Source: Pachysolen tannophilus NRRL Y-2460
Taxonomy: Eukaryota
Direction of reading: 5' to 3'
Assembly: GCA_001661245.1 (NCBI GenBank)
Contig: KV454016.1
Coordinates: forward strand, 866,268-930,267
Length of the DNA stretch: 64,000 bases
Below are positions 49,832 to 60,949 of the stretch, in pieces. Below the pieces are notes generated by a model. The model had not been told where the DNA came from, made no database searches, and saw nothing but the letters and a program-made list of their open reading frames with translations. Each line of letters opens with the position of its first letter. The stretch's first letter is position 1. A program made the translations under genes and the position numbers.

Positions 49832-50139
49832 CTCATCCACTCCCAAATATATATGTCTGATCAATTTTTTATTAATATATTTAATAAATAAAATATATTG
49901 ACCACATATAAAAATATATAAAAACAAAAATTTACTAATAAGATAAAACATGGTCGTGTGAATTAGTAGTAAATTTCCAAAAAGAGAAATTTAATAAAAA
50001 ATTCTAAACATCGTGCTTTACAATACTAATTTCTTAAAACGGAAATACAAAATTAAAGTAGTGCAGTGAAATGTTAATTGCTCTTAATAGGAAATTTTTA
50101 AAAAATCATAAGTCGTGTTATTCAAATCAAACAAAATTA

Positions 50140-50171
<32 letters not shown>

Positions 50172-50241
50172 CAAATAAAGAGATAATAGATGATGAGCTA
50201 GTTTATCTAATAATTATTAATTAGAATAGCTTTGGGAGGTA

Positions 50242-51151
50242 ATGTCAGGTATTCAAACATCTTCATTTGTGAAGAAGTTGGCTGCAAATGGTATGTTTAG
50301 TTATGAAACTTTTTTATCTTTTTCTTTTTTTGCTTTGCTTTTCCTTTTTTTGATACTAACTTTTCTTTATAGATCGTCGTACAAGAGAAGCAGCAATAGA
50401 ATCATTGAAAAATTATTTAAAAAATTCTAAAAAACTTTCTGATTTAGATTATCAAAAATTATGGAAAGGTTTATTTTATTCAATGTGGTTTAGTGATAGG
50501 CCAAGACCTCAACAAAGGTTAGCTAATAATTTAGGATTATTATATTATGAGACTATTCCATTATCAAAATTCATTTCATTTTTAAAAGCTTTTTATTTTG
50601 TGATATCAAAAGAATGGTCAGGAATTGATCAATGGAGAATTGATAAGTTTTATATGTTAATTAGAAAAGTTGTTTATTATTCTTTAAAAAGATTACAAAA
50701 AGAACAATTTGATACAAATCTTATGGAGGAATATATAAAACTGTTGAGTGAAATACCTTTAAATGGAAGTCACAAAATTCCATCAGCAATACCGTATCAT
50801 CTTTGTGATATTTATTTGGATGAATTAGAAAAAATCATGTTTGAAGATCTTCAAGAAGAAGAAGAAGAAGAAGAACTGAAAAGAAAAGAAATTATAGAAA
50901 ATACTCCTATACAAAAATTATTAAAACCTTTTCAAGATTTAGCAAAAAATGCAAATTTGAAAACCTTGAGAAAAAAAATTTCACAAGATTTTTTGCAAGA
51001 TGATAAATTAGTAGAATGGGGGGTCATAACAAGGACAACAACAAAATCTCGGGTTGACATTAATAGTGACAACGAAGAAGACGAAAGCGAAAACGAAGAA
51101 AGCGAAGAAGAAGAAGAAGATAGCGAAGAAGAGTGGACAGGTTTTGCATAG
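50242..51151 (+). CDS. RRP1: 60S biogenesis factor Rrp1 (Nop52), 2 exons
   Basis: Exon 1 50242-50290, intron 50291-50372 GTATGT..TACTAAC..TAG, exon 2 50373-51151; FVKKLAAN-DRRTR, KLWKGLFYSMWFSDRPRPQQRLA; PAC-like GATGAGCT near 50192. Confidence 0.96.
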
Positions 51152-51507
51152 ACAACAGTCATCGAATAAATACTAATATAGATACATAGATAGCAAACAT
51201 AGCAAACATATGTTCATTGAAAGGATTCAGGCTACCTCATCCTTCAACAACTTAAAAGACCTTAGTAGACTTCGAAAACTAAAAATTAATCCAACAAATG
51301 TAGCCAAATCAAACAAAAGGTCGTGTGTAAAATATCAATTTACTTTAATTGTTCAATTTTTTTTTGTAAATGAAAGAAAACTCAATTACAACGTTAACAA
51401 CTCACTCAATAACAAACAATAAATAATAACATTTATCATTATCATTATTTGGCGGCGATTTGAGTAATCGATACAGTATCGAATCAATATTAATAAAATA
51501 ATAAAAA

Positions 51508-51801
51508 ATGGCCGAAGGAATGGAAAAATTAACTGAAGTTCCTACAGAGTTTATCAGAGAAGGAACTCTGTTTATCAATAAATGTACTAAACCTGATCAA
51601 AAAGGTAAGTTTTGAAAAAGAGAATATTAGTACGGAAAAAAAAAGAAAGAACCTTTCATACTAACTTTAGTCATCTATTTGTTTGTTGTTAAAGAATACT
51701 TGAGAGTTATTAGAGCTGTTGGTATCGGTTTTGTTATGATGGGTCTTGTAGGTTACGGTGTGAAATTAATTCATATTCCAATACGTTACTTGATTGTTTA
51801 A
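51508..51801 (+). CDS. SSS1: Sec61 gamma subunit, 67 aa, 2 exons (absent from ORF track)
   Basis: Exon 1 51508-51604, intron 51605-51694 GTAAGT..TACTAAC..AAG, exon 2 51695-51801; EFIREGT.FINKCTKPDQKEYLRVIRAVGIGFVMMGLVGYGVKLIHIPIRYLIV. Confidence 0.97.
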
Positions 51802-52159
51802 ACTGGAAAATTTTTTATTTACAAAAAGTTAAGAAAATAGCTGGAATAACATACACTTAGACTTTAAGTTTCTTATATAGTTTCAATAGGTTCCCATAGT
51901 TTTTTTTGCTCTCTTTTTTAAATTTTAAATCTGGTATTGATTGTTTGATAATTAATAAATTTGTAAAAAAATTTGGTGAAAAAAATTGAAGTAGTTTGTT
52001 CTGAATTAATTTTCTTTGTATAATAATAATAATAGATAAACTATTAATTATTGGTATTATCTCTATTATCAGATAGATCTATTATTTATTAAATTATAAA
52101 TTATAAATTATTACAAAGATCAATTTTTGTATATTGGGAGCTATTGGTGAAGGCATGAG

Positions 52160-53323
52160 ATGAATTTTGCAAGCTTATTGTCTCAAATAAAGAAAGATCA
52201 AGGGTCTTCTTTACTGCCTGGGAGACTGTCTTCAATACAGAATTTATCACTGGAAGGTATACGACAGAACCAAAAACAAATTCAGAAAAAAAATGATAAA
52301 ATTAATAATAATCAAGTGAAACCCAGTTTGAAACCCCATAAAACTGATAATAATGACCAGGTTGTGACTTTACCTAAAGGTGAAATTAAATCTAATTTTT
52401 TGCAATCAACAGTACCTAAAAAAATTGATCCAGCTGTTGCTAGATTAAAAGCTGCTAGATTGGCGGAAAGAGAACTGGAATTAAAGAAAAAAAATCTTTT
52501 GGAATCACAAAGGAAACAACAAAATATTTCAACTAAAAAACTGTCAAAGTCTCAGTTACCAAAAAATCAAATTCAATCAAAAAGAAATAATCAAACTTTA
52601 ATACAAAAACCCCCATTACCAAATCAATTGGTTCAAAATAAGAAAAAATTAAAATATGATGAATTGATGAAAGAAGCAGATAAATTTGATACTTCTAAAC
52701 TTGCATTGAATACTAAAATTAAATCAGCTAGTTCTGTTGTGGAACCTCCAAGAAGTCCACATTCTAGGAATTCTGTTTCTCCTAATGGGAAAGTTACAGT
52801 CAATGTCGCTATGAAACTGAAACCTAATAACGATAATAATTTTTCTTCTACAATTAAACAAAAAAATGGTATAAATAAATTAGAACCAGTTCCATTGGCA
52901 AAACCTTCTCAAAAATTATCTGAAAAATTACTGTTAAAAAGAAAAAAATCACCATTACCTTTCTCCATTGGAAAAAACAGAATTTCTTCTCATATTGGAA
53001 GTTCAGATTCAAATAATTATAATGATTATAATGATGAAGATGAAGATTTATCGGATTTCATTGTTTCTGAAGACGAAATTCCACAAGAAGGTGATAAGGA
53101 TTATTATGAACAACATAGAGATGAAATTTTAAACATGTTTGGCCGCAATAAAAGAAAATATGATGATTATAACGATGATCTTTCAGATATGGAAGCCACT
53201 GGAGCTGATATCTTAGAAGAAGAAGATAAATCTAGTAAATTTGCAAAATACGAAGATTTAAAAGAACAAGAATTGGAAAGACAAAAGAAATTACAAAAAT
53301 TGAAAAGATTGAAAAAAATTTGA
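52160..53323 (+). CDS. SPT2: Chromatin protein Spt2
   Basis: IDPAVARLKAAR, LSDFIVSEDE, RDEILNMFGR, DDLSDMEATGADILEEE..EDLKE; adjacent to RAD4 as in S. cerevisiae. Confidence 0.88.
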   Translation: MNFASLLSQIKKDQGSSLLPGRLSSIQNLSLEGIRQNQKQIQKKNDKINNNQVKPSLKPHKTDNNDQVVTLPKGEIKSNFLQSTVPKKIDPAVARLKAARLAERELELKKKNLLESQRKQQNISTKKLSKSQLPKNQIQSKRNNQTLIQKPPLPNQLVQNKKKLKYDELMKEADKFDTSKLALNTKIKSASSVVEPPRSPHSRNSVSPNGKVTVNVAMKLKPNNDNNFSSTIKQKNGINKLEPVPLAKPSQKLSEKLLLKRKKSPLPFSIGKNRISSHIGSSDSNNYNDYNDEDEDLSDFIVSEDEIPQEGDKDYYEQHRDEILNMFGRNKRKYDDYNDDLSDMEATGADILEEEDKSSKFAKYEDLKEQELERQKKLQKLKRLKKI

Positions 53324-53550
53324 AAAAAAAAAAAATCATAATTACAATTTTAACTATCTCTATAGTCTTTATAAGTCTCGTTTTAAAATTTCCCAATTTC
53401 TTTTATTGTTTTTTTTTTTTTTTGCCCATTAGTATTATATAAATCCCAATAAATAATAATACAAATATAATACTCTAATTTCCCTATATAAATAAATCAA
53501 TTTCAAACCTCAAATCATCCTTGTTTTTGTTTTTACTTTTATCTTTTGAT

Positions 53551-56500
53551 CTAAGAATAATCATCTGAATCACTGTACTCAAACTCAAACTCTTCATCGT
53601 TAGCTGGATCTGCATCTTTTTGTTCTTCATCCTCTGATATATTTTTATTCGCCTCCTCCAACGAATCTATTGACTCGACGTCGCTTTGTCTGATATCGCT
53701 TTCTCTGGTATCGCTTTCTCTGATGTCACTTTTTCTGCTACTTTCTGCTGTTGTTCTTCTATTTGAGTCCCTTCTTTCATACAGAGTGTTGTTAATTTTA
53801 GATGGTGAATGCTCTGAAACATAATTCTTATTTGTTTTTTCATGAGGAATCTTATTCAAAATATGAAAATGATCATTTTTCAAGTCATAATTGCGTAAAT
53901 CATCTAAAATACCGCTACTTGTTTTGGTTGAAACTTCATGTGAATTCTCGGGAAATTCTTTCAACGAATAATTCAGATCTTGATTCTTCTGATGGTTATC
54001 CCTCTTTTCAGAAATGAAATCACTGCTTTCGTTACTACGAAAGGAATTATCGTCAATAATAGAATCATTACCTGGCATAGCGTAATTTGTTTCTTCCTCT
54101 TCTGAAGTGTTTTCTCCTTGGAGAAAGCCACCTGCAAATTCACTGTCATCGCTTTTTCCGCCATCATCAAGATTTTCGGGACTCGGTAGAAACCCACCTC
54201 CTTCAGAACCATAGTTTGAGTCCATTTCAATACCATCATCAGTATCCCTATATATCTCATCACTCTCTTGAGTACCTCGATCCTTGTCTTTTTCCAGGTC
54301 GTCATCTTTAACTTTACCGTACTTCTCATTCAAATTTTCCATTATCTGTAATCTCGTTAAAAATAATTTCCATTTCCTCAATGAATTAACCTTAATACGT
54401 AGCTTCAACTGTTCTTCTTCCTTTTCTCTGAAATATTTCTCGACCTCGACCATTGCCTCTTCATATTCCTTCGCTACAACCACTCCTTTTTTTCTCGGAG
54501 TTGAAGAAGAGTTCTTGAAGTCAAATCCTACAACTGCTTCTGCATAATCAATTTTCAATTCAATTGCAGCTTTGAGGGAAAATCTCGAGTCACGATAAAT
54601 ACCACCAGGTGGAAGCATTGAAGACGTATATAAATCTATGTTGCCATAAGCATTCTTTGGTACCTCACCATCAACAACTGGAGGTGCAATATATGGTTCC
54701 GTTTGATCCACAGCATATAATCTGATATCAGTATCTTCAATATCAGATTTATTCAGGTCATCATCTTCTCCAAATAAATCATCATCATATCTAGAATTCT
54801 TGTCCTTTTTCAACTCCCTGATCAAAATCGGTCTTTCTCCAGTTTTTAAGACCCTACCGTGCATATACCAGGACTTTGCAGATCTGACAATGTGAACGTT
54901 CTCTCTTTTATATACTGGAATAGTTTCACTAGTTTTAGAATTTTTCTTTCTTGTTCTCCCACAAGGAACTTTTGGCATTATAACTTCATTTGATTTTAAT
55001 TGACTTTCCAAGACATAAATTGGATGGTTCTTGAAGTCTTGAATACTATTTGGCATTCCTTCTTGGTAAGATCTCTTAAGGAAATATTCATTTTCAATTT
55101 TATCTATAGAATTTTCGTAAAGTCTATTTTTTGAGCATGCAGTACAAATCAATTTACTATACCATAAGTTTCCATTTGATTCTCTAGTTATGCGTTTTCT
55201 TCTGATCTTGGCATTAAAGTTTTTAGAATAACGTCTCGTTACATCTCTTACTCCGCCTTGGTTATCAAATGCAATGACATAATACGAGTTATTTCTTTCA
55301 TCAGTAGAACGAGGTTCAAATTTGGAGTCTATTTTAACCACTTCCATATACTGAAACACTACAGGATCAATGCTAATCCATTTAGAAGCAAAGGGATCCC
55401 AGACCTCAGCCCAAAATATTGGATAATCGGATTCCTTATCAATATGTTGTGAGCTTTCAAGAGGTAATACAGATTCATTGGTATTATAACGTCTTCTATT
55501 TCTAAATTGAGCCAATAATCTTTCCCCGGGTTTTAGGCCTCTTATTATATTCCCAGCTTTAGATCTTCTACTAGTTTGAAATTGGTCTTCCACTGATGAG
55601 GAGGAACTTTTTTCTCTTAAACTAGACACTTCGACTTTAATATTATCTGTAAAATCTGGAGGTTGCAAGGAAAAAATCAAACGAGCATTTAACCCAATTG
55701 ATCTCAATAGAGCTACAAATCCCTGTGCAGCAATGTCTCTTGAACCTTTCTTTTTAAGTATTGAATATAGAAATTTTTTAAATTCAAACGATGTGCTTTT
55801 AGTATTTGAAGTTAAGCTTGTATCGCTCATTGCTAGCTCTGAAATTTCATCCCATTTCTTCTTGTAAATACCAACATCTCTAGTTATTTTGAAATCATGA
55901 TTATAGAAAATCATTAAATCTTTTAAAGCATCCAAAAATCTTCTTGATCCAATCTGTTTCTCTCTATATGGGATATTATCTGATTCTTTTAGTTTTATAA
56001 CAGGAACAAATTTAGATATAAGACTTGTTGGAAGTGTTTCTTTCAAATATTCCATTAATGAATGGCTATTACACCATTGATTTCTTAGAACTCCATGTAA
56101 CAATTGACATGCTAAGCACCAGATATGAAAATTCTTTCTAAATATCTTTTCATCTCTACCAATAATATTTTGATTTTGCTTTGATTTTTTCTTCTTTTTA
56201 TCATCTTCATATACAGGTTTCCCAATTGAAACTACAATATCACCATCTTTAGTATTATTTTCAGGTGCAGGAGAGGGACTATTTAAATCAACATTTTCAA
56301 ATTCATCTGAATCAAATTCATCTTCTGAATCATTACTATCATCTGAAGTTAAATCAATTACTTTATTTGACGATTCCGCTTCAATTTCTTCAAACAGAGA
56401 TTCTCCATTATCTGGGAAAGAAGTTGTATCTGAATTAACTTCAATAATTTCAGGAATAGAAATTGAATTAATAGCTTGATTCTTGTTTCCTAAATCTCGA

Positions 56501-56781
56501 GACTGATTTTCTATTTTCAATTGATCTGAATGTAAATCCAGTGAAGAATTATCCCTCAAAAACTTATCATGTGAAGAATCATTCTCTGAGCTTTCGGCTG
56601 ATATTGAAACATCATTGTTATTCTTTTTCCTATTTTTCTTTCTTCTCTTCAATGGCCTTGCATGATGACTATTATTATTATTATCATTACCATCACCTCG
56701 TCTATCATTTGTACCACGATCATTCCTACTTTCTCGCAAAACTCCTTTGAGCATATCACGATACATAGACATATCACCCAT
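53551..56781 (-). CDS. RAD4: Nucleotide excision repair protein Rad4/XPC
   Basis: First in-frame ATG 56781; GSRDIAAQGFVALLRS..ARLIFSLQP, FWAEVW, RDVTRRY, DFKNHPIYVLE, VPKNAYGNIDLY. Confidence 0.96.
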   Translation of the reverse strand: MGDMSMYRDMLKGVLRESRNDRGTNDRRGDGNDNNNNSHHARPLKRRKKNRKKNNNDVSISAESSENDSSHDKFLRDNSSLDLHSDQLKIENQSRDLGNKNQAINSISIPEIIEVNSDTTSFPDNGESLFEEIEAESSNKVIDLTSDDSNDSEDEFDSDEFENVDLNSPSPAPENNTKDGDIVVSIGKPVYEDDKKKKKSKQNQNIIGRDEKIFRKNFHIWCLACQLLHGVLRNQWCNSHSLMEYLKETLPTSLISKFVPVIKLKESDNIPYREKQIGSRRFLDALKDLMIFYNHDFKITRDVGIYKKKWDEISELAMSDTSLTSNTKSTSFEFKKFLYSILKKKGSRDIAAQGFVALLRSIGLNARLIFSLQPPDFTDNIKVEVSSLREKSSSSSVEDQFQTSRRSKAGNIIRGLKPGERLLAQFRNRRRYNTNESVLPLESSQHIDKESDYPIFWAEVWDPFASKWISIDPVVFQYMEVVKIDSKFEPRSTDERNNSYYVIAFDNQGGVRDVTRRYSKNFNAKIRRKRITRESNGNLWYSKLICTACSKNRLYENSIDKIENEYFLKRSYQEGMPNSIQDFKNHPIYVLESQLKSNEVIMPKVPCGRTRKKNSKTSETIPVYKRENVHIVRSAKSWYMHGRVLKTGERPILIRELKKDKNSRYDDDLFGEDDDLNKSDIEDTDIRLYAVDQTEPYIAPPVVDGEVPKNAYGNIDLYTSSMLPPGGIYRDSRFSLKAAIELKIDYAEAVVGFDFKNSSSTPRKKGVVVAKEYEEAMVEVEKYFREKEEEQLKLRIKVNSLRKWKLFLTRLQIMENLNEKYGKVKDDDLEKDKDRGTQESDEIYRDTDDGIEMDSNYGSEGGGFLPSPENLDDGGKSDDSEFAGGFLQGENTSEEEETNYAMPGNDSIIDDNSFRSNESSDFISEKRDNHQKNQDLNYSLKEFPENSHEVSTKTSSGILDDLRNYDLKNDHFHILNKIPHEKTNKNYVSEHSPSKINNTLYERRDSNRRTTAESSRKSDIRESDTRESDIRQSDVESIDSLEEANKNISEDEEQKDADPANDEEFEFEYSDSDDYS
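53681..53732. repeat. 15-bp coding tandem repeat (SDIRE/SDTRE/SDIRQ) in the Rad4 C-tail
   Basis: About 3.5 copies of TCGCTTTCTCTGATA-like units. Confidence 0.8.
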
Positions 56782-57168
56782 CTCGAAAGACAGTCCACTC
56801 TCAATCAATTTCTCCAGTCCTTTAATTAATTTATCTTACAACTATAATCAACTTGCTATCATCTATAAAAGTCACTAGATATATATTGTGTTTCAATATG
56901 ATACTAATACACTACCGCAATTCAAATTAAAGATATCACCAACACAAATTTAAGAAGATGATGATGATTTAAAGGTTAATTGAAGGAGAAGAACTCTTGA
57001 GGTTTAACTGTTTAATTCGGGAAAGAGTTGACCCACAGCAAGAAGTATTAGAATTTTTGCTTTTTTTTCTACGTATTATTTGTTTCTTTCATTCTCATGA
57101 AAGGTTTTTTTTTTTCAAAAATGATCATGTATAAAAAAACCTCACTAAATAAACTAATCTTAAAGGTT

Positions 57169-58152
57169 TTAGACAACTTCATCAACCTCTCCAATTTGGT
57201 ATTCATCTATAAAATCTGAGCTTTCGTAGTTCCTAATTGAAGCTTCTTCTTTGGAATCCCCGTGCGACCTGGATTCGTTTTCATTTTCGTTTTGTGTTTT
57301 TCTTTCTAAAAACCCATTTCCAATGGAATTTTCATCATTCTCTTCATTATTTCTTATTTCTTCCTCATCTTTATTTTCATCTTCATCTTTTTCCTTTCTT
57401 ATGACTCTAAATCTAATATACCATATAAAATGACTGACAAATATTCCAATTTCCATAGTAATACAAATACAGTACAAGACCATCCCAGTAATATCCATTC
57501 CTCCGGTCAACAAGCTAACCATTGAAAAAATGGCGCCACTACAATCGATGGCTAAGAATATGAAATTTATCCCAACAACTCTTCCCTTTCTTTTAGCAAG
57601 TTCGAAATAAGGAGGTACTAAACCTGCGGCTAACATCACTGATGCCATAATACCAAAAATTAAAGAAGGCCATGTAGTACCGTGTTGATAAACCGGTCTT
57701 AACCATAGTATGAAACCTAGTTCAGAACCAATTGCAATACTGTAAAAAACACACATTATCAGCAAGATCTTAAGTTTATTCATCTTGATCGGTGGATAAT
57801 ATATCGATTGACAAAAAGATATACTGCATAATACTGTAAAAATTTCCGGTTGTACTTGAACTGCTATCGATGGTTGAGTGATAAAGAAATATATCGAAAA
57901 CGGTATTCCACAAGCTGCCCATAGAAACATCATTAAAGGTGGAAGACCAGTACAATCTTTTCTCAAGTAATTGTATATAATTTGGGCTACAAGATAATCA
58001 AACAAAATTAGTACTAATTCAATACCAATACCTTTCAAAAAAATCAGTATAACTTGAATATGGAAAAAAAGTTACTTACGAATTAACTGAATTGACCAGC
58101 AAACAGTACCCACGGTTCCCGTAACATTGGAAGCAACAGTTGAATCAGTCAT
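57169..58152 (-). CDS. PQ-loop membrane protein (YDR090C/Ilt1-like), 2 exons
   Basis: Exon 1 58152-58080 (..GTVGTVCWSIQLI), intron 58079-57987 GTAAGT..TACTAAT..TAG, exon 2 restores PQIIYNY; GLVPPYFELAKRKGRVVGINFIFLAID. Confidence 0.9.
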
Positions 58153-58573
58153 ACTTAAAAACTAACCTTCTTCTTCTTCTTCTTCTTCAAAGAACTAAAA
58201 AAAAAAAAAAAAAAAAATGGAAAAAATATCTTGCCCTTCCCTTATCTCTGCCGATAATAAATTATATTCTATAGAACTTCAAAAATTATTGGAACTATCA
58301 TTTCAACTCTTTTCCTTTGATACCCTAACCTAGAAAGATCCATGAATTCCCAAATATAAAAGAAAGCAAGAACCAAAAAAAATAATTGAAATTTAGTATT
58401 ATTGATTTTGGTTATCAATTTTTAGTGTTTGTAATCAAAGATTTCAATTCATGAAAATATATTGAAAAATGGTTTTTTTACCTTAATCAAGAAATTATTT
58501 CACTTTTAATCAAAAATTTAATTAAATAAAAAACATCAATCATCAAGAGAAAAGGAAAAAAAAGAGTAGAGAA

Positions 58574-58798
58574 ATGGCTGAAGATCATCAACAAATCAAG
58601 CAAAGAAAGCAAGAAGAAGCTAGTGGAGCTGAGTTGGATGAAACTAGTGAAGAAAAAAAAATAGATGAAGAGGAAGAAAGTCCATATGTTTTACAGATAG
58701 ATATAGTTAAAGTTTTATATTTTTTTTCTATATTGTTATTTATTGTTATTTGTTATTTTTCATATGAGGTTTATTTTTTACCTGAAGGTAGTTTTTAA
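58574..58798 (+). CDS. Hypothetical 74-aa protein: acidic N-terminus plus one C-terminal TM helix
   Basis: Good start context (GAAATGG), coding-like purine-rich composition, hydrophobic VLYFFSILLFIVICYFSY segment; fills an otherwise empty interval. Confidence 0.6.
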   Translation: MAEDHQQIKQRKQEEASGAELDETSEEKKIDEEEESPYVLQIDIVKVLYFFSILLFIVICYFSYEVYFLPEGSF

Positions 58799-58883
58799 AA
58801 ATTATTCAAGTAATTTTGAAATATAATTAAGATATTTCTAATTAATTTAATATATATGTATATATATATATATATATATGTAT

Positions 58884-60426
58884 TTAGTGATTACTTTTTG
58901 GTGAATTTGGTAATTGTGCCAAAGATTTCTTTATAGCTTCAACACCTTTTAATAAATCTTCTTCTGAAATGACCAATGGTGGAGCCAATCTTATGATATG
59001 ATCATGTGTTGGTTTAGCCAAGACCCCATGATTTTTCATCAATAAACATAAATCCCAAGCAGTGCGTCCATTTGTCTTTTCATGATCAATTACAATAGCA
59101 GTTAATAAACCTTTACCTCTTACTTCAGAAATAATTCCTCCTGATTCTTTTTGTAAATTCAATAATTTTTCTGTGAAAAATAAACCTAATTTTGCAGCTC
59201 TTTCTGTTAATTTTTCATCTTCAATAACTTTTAATGCAGCAATTGCTACTCTACAAGCTAATGGGTTACCACCATAAGTTGAACCATGAGATCCTGGTTC
59301 TAAAATCGACATGATTTCTCTTGAAGATAGTACACAACTTATTGGTAATACACCTCCAGATAATGCTTTAGCCAATAAGACGATATCTGGTTTAACACCT
59401 TCAGAATGTTGATAACATAATAATTTTCCTGTTCTACCAATACCAGTTTGAATTTCATCACAAATAAATAATGAATTATATTTATGACATAATTTTTGAA
59501 CTTTTAATAAATAATCTTTTGGTGGTACAACAATTCCAGCTTCACCTTGAATTGGTTCTAATAAGATTGCAGCAATTTTATCACCATTTTTTGCAAAAAC
59601 TTCTTCCATATCTTCAATAACACCATACCTAATTGGTTTATTTGTATTTGGTAAATTAGAATGTAAACCTGGAATAAAAGGACCAAAATTTGTAGTTGCA
59701 TCTGGATCAGTTGACATTGAAATAATACCTAAAGTTCTACCATGGAAATTATTTTCCAGTGCAATAATAATACTTTCATTTGGATTAATTCCCTTTTTAA
59801 CATACCCCCATCTTCTTGCAATTTTTAATGCTGTTTCTACAGCTTCTGCACCTGTATTCATTGGTAAAACCATTTCATATCCAAAATATTCAGTAATAAA
59901 TTTAGCAAAAACTCCAAAAACATTTGAATGAAATGCTCTAGAACAAAGTGTCATATTTTGTGCACCTTCAATTAATGCATCAACAATTTTTGGATGAAGA
60001 TGACCTTGATTAACTGCAGAATATGCAGATAAAAAATCTAAATATTCTTTACCTTCACAATCCCAAACTTTTGCACCTTTAGCCTTTTTTAAGACAACTG
60101 GAAGTGGGTGATAATTATGAGCAGCATATTTCCTATAAAATTGAAAAAGCAAAAAAAAAAACACAATTTGTAATTAATACCAATGTTAGTATATACTATT
60201 ACTATTACTATTACTTCATGTATGGTATTAAATTTAATTTTATTTTTCACCCAAATTTTAATCGTGCATATTATTTTTCAAATCATGATATAATAATAAA
60301 TAAAACAAAATGAGATTTTGAAGTTGCAAAAAAGTATCTCCATATAATTTATGAGATGAGATAATATACTTACGATTCAAGTTCAATAGCTTCTTCAGAA
60401 CTAATATTAAATGATGGTTCAGACAT
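58884..60426 (-). CDS. CAR2: Ornithine aminotransferase, 2 exons
   Basis: Exon 1 60426-60374, intron 60373-60133 GTAAGT..TACTAAC..TAG, exon 2 60132-58884; [59 protein letters not shown]. Confidence 0.98.
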
Positions 60427-60949
60427 TTTTTAACCAATTTCAATATGAATTAATATATGAAAAATCTCTTTGTTTTTTTTTTTTTTCTTTTGAAGTTAAG
60501 AAATTAGAATAATGGGGGAATCATTATTATATAGCTTTAACAGATTGGAAGAGGACCTTCGCAAACAAGTGCACTTAGCGGCTTATTACTTAAAGAGGAA
60601 ACTTTTGATTTTTCAAATAGAATATTAAAATTGGATATGGCGCACGACTGTCTTTTTTTCCGATAAGGCTAATGGAGTTATTGTTACCGAACGGGGAAGG
60701 AGTGAGCGAGCAAACAAAAAAAGATAAAAATCAAGCGAGGTAGTGTTAGAGGTGCGAATCTGTCTCTTTTTGGTAAAGTGACAATGACACACTAAATGTA
60801 AATGTGACACTAAATGGCAACAATGACAAGACGCGGTTATGAAAACCAGCCGGAGCCAAAAAAAAAAAAAAAAAAAAATAAGTTGAATTTCTTTCCATAT
60901 ATATATTATAATAATTAATTAATTGTATTTTTTGAAACTAGTGAGAATC

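Noticed and set aside
60576..60583. URS1-like TAGCGGCT upstream of CAR2
   Set aside because: Mismatch to the GGCGGCTA core; single weak site
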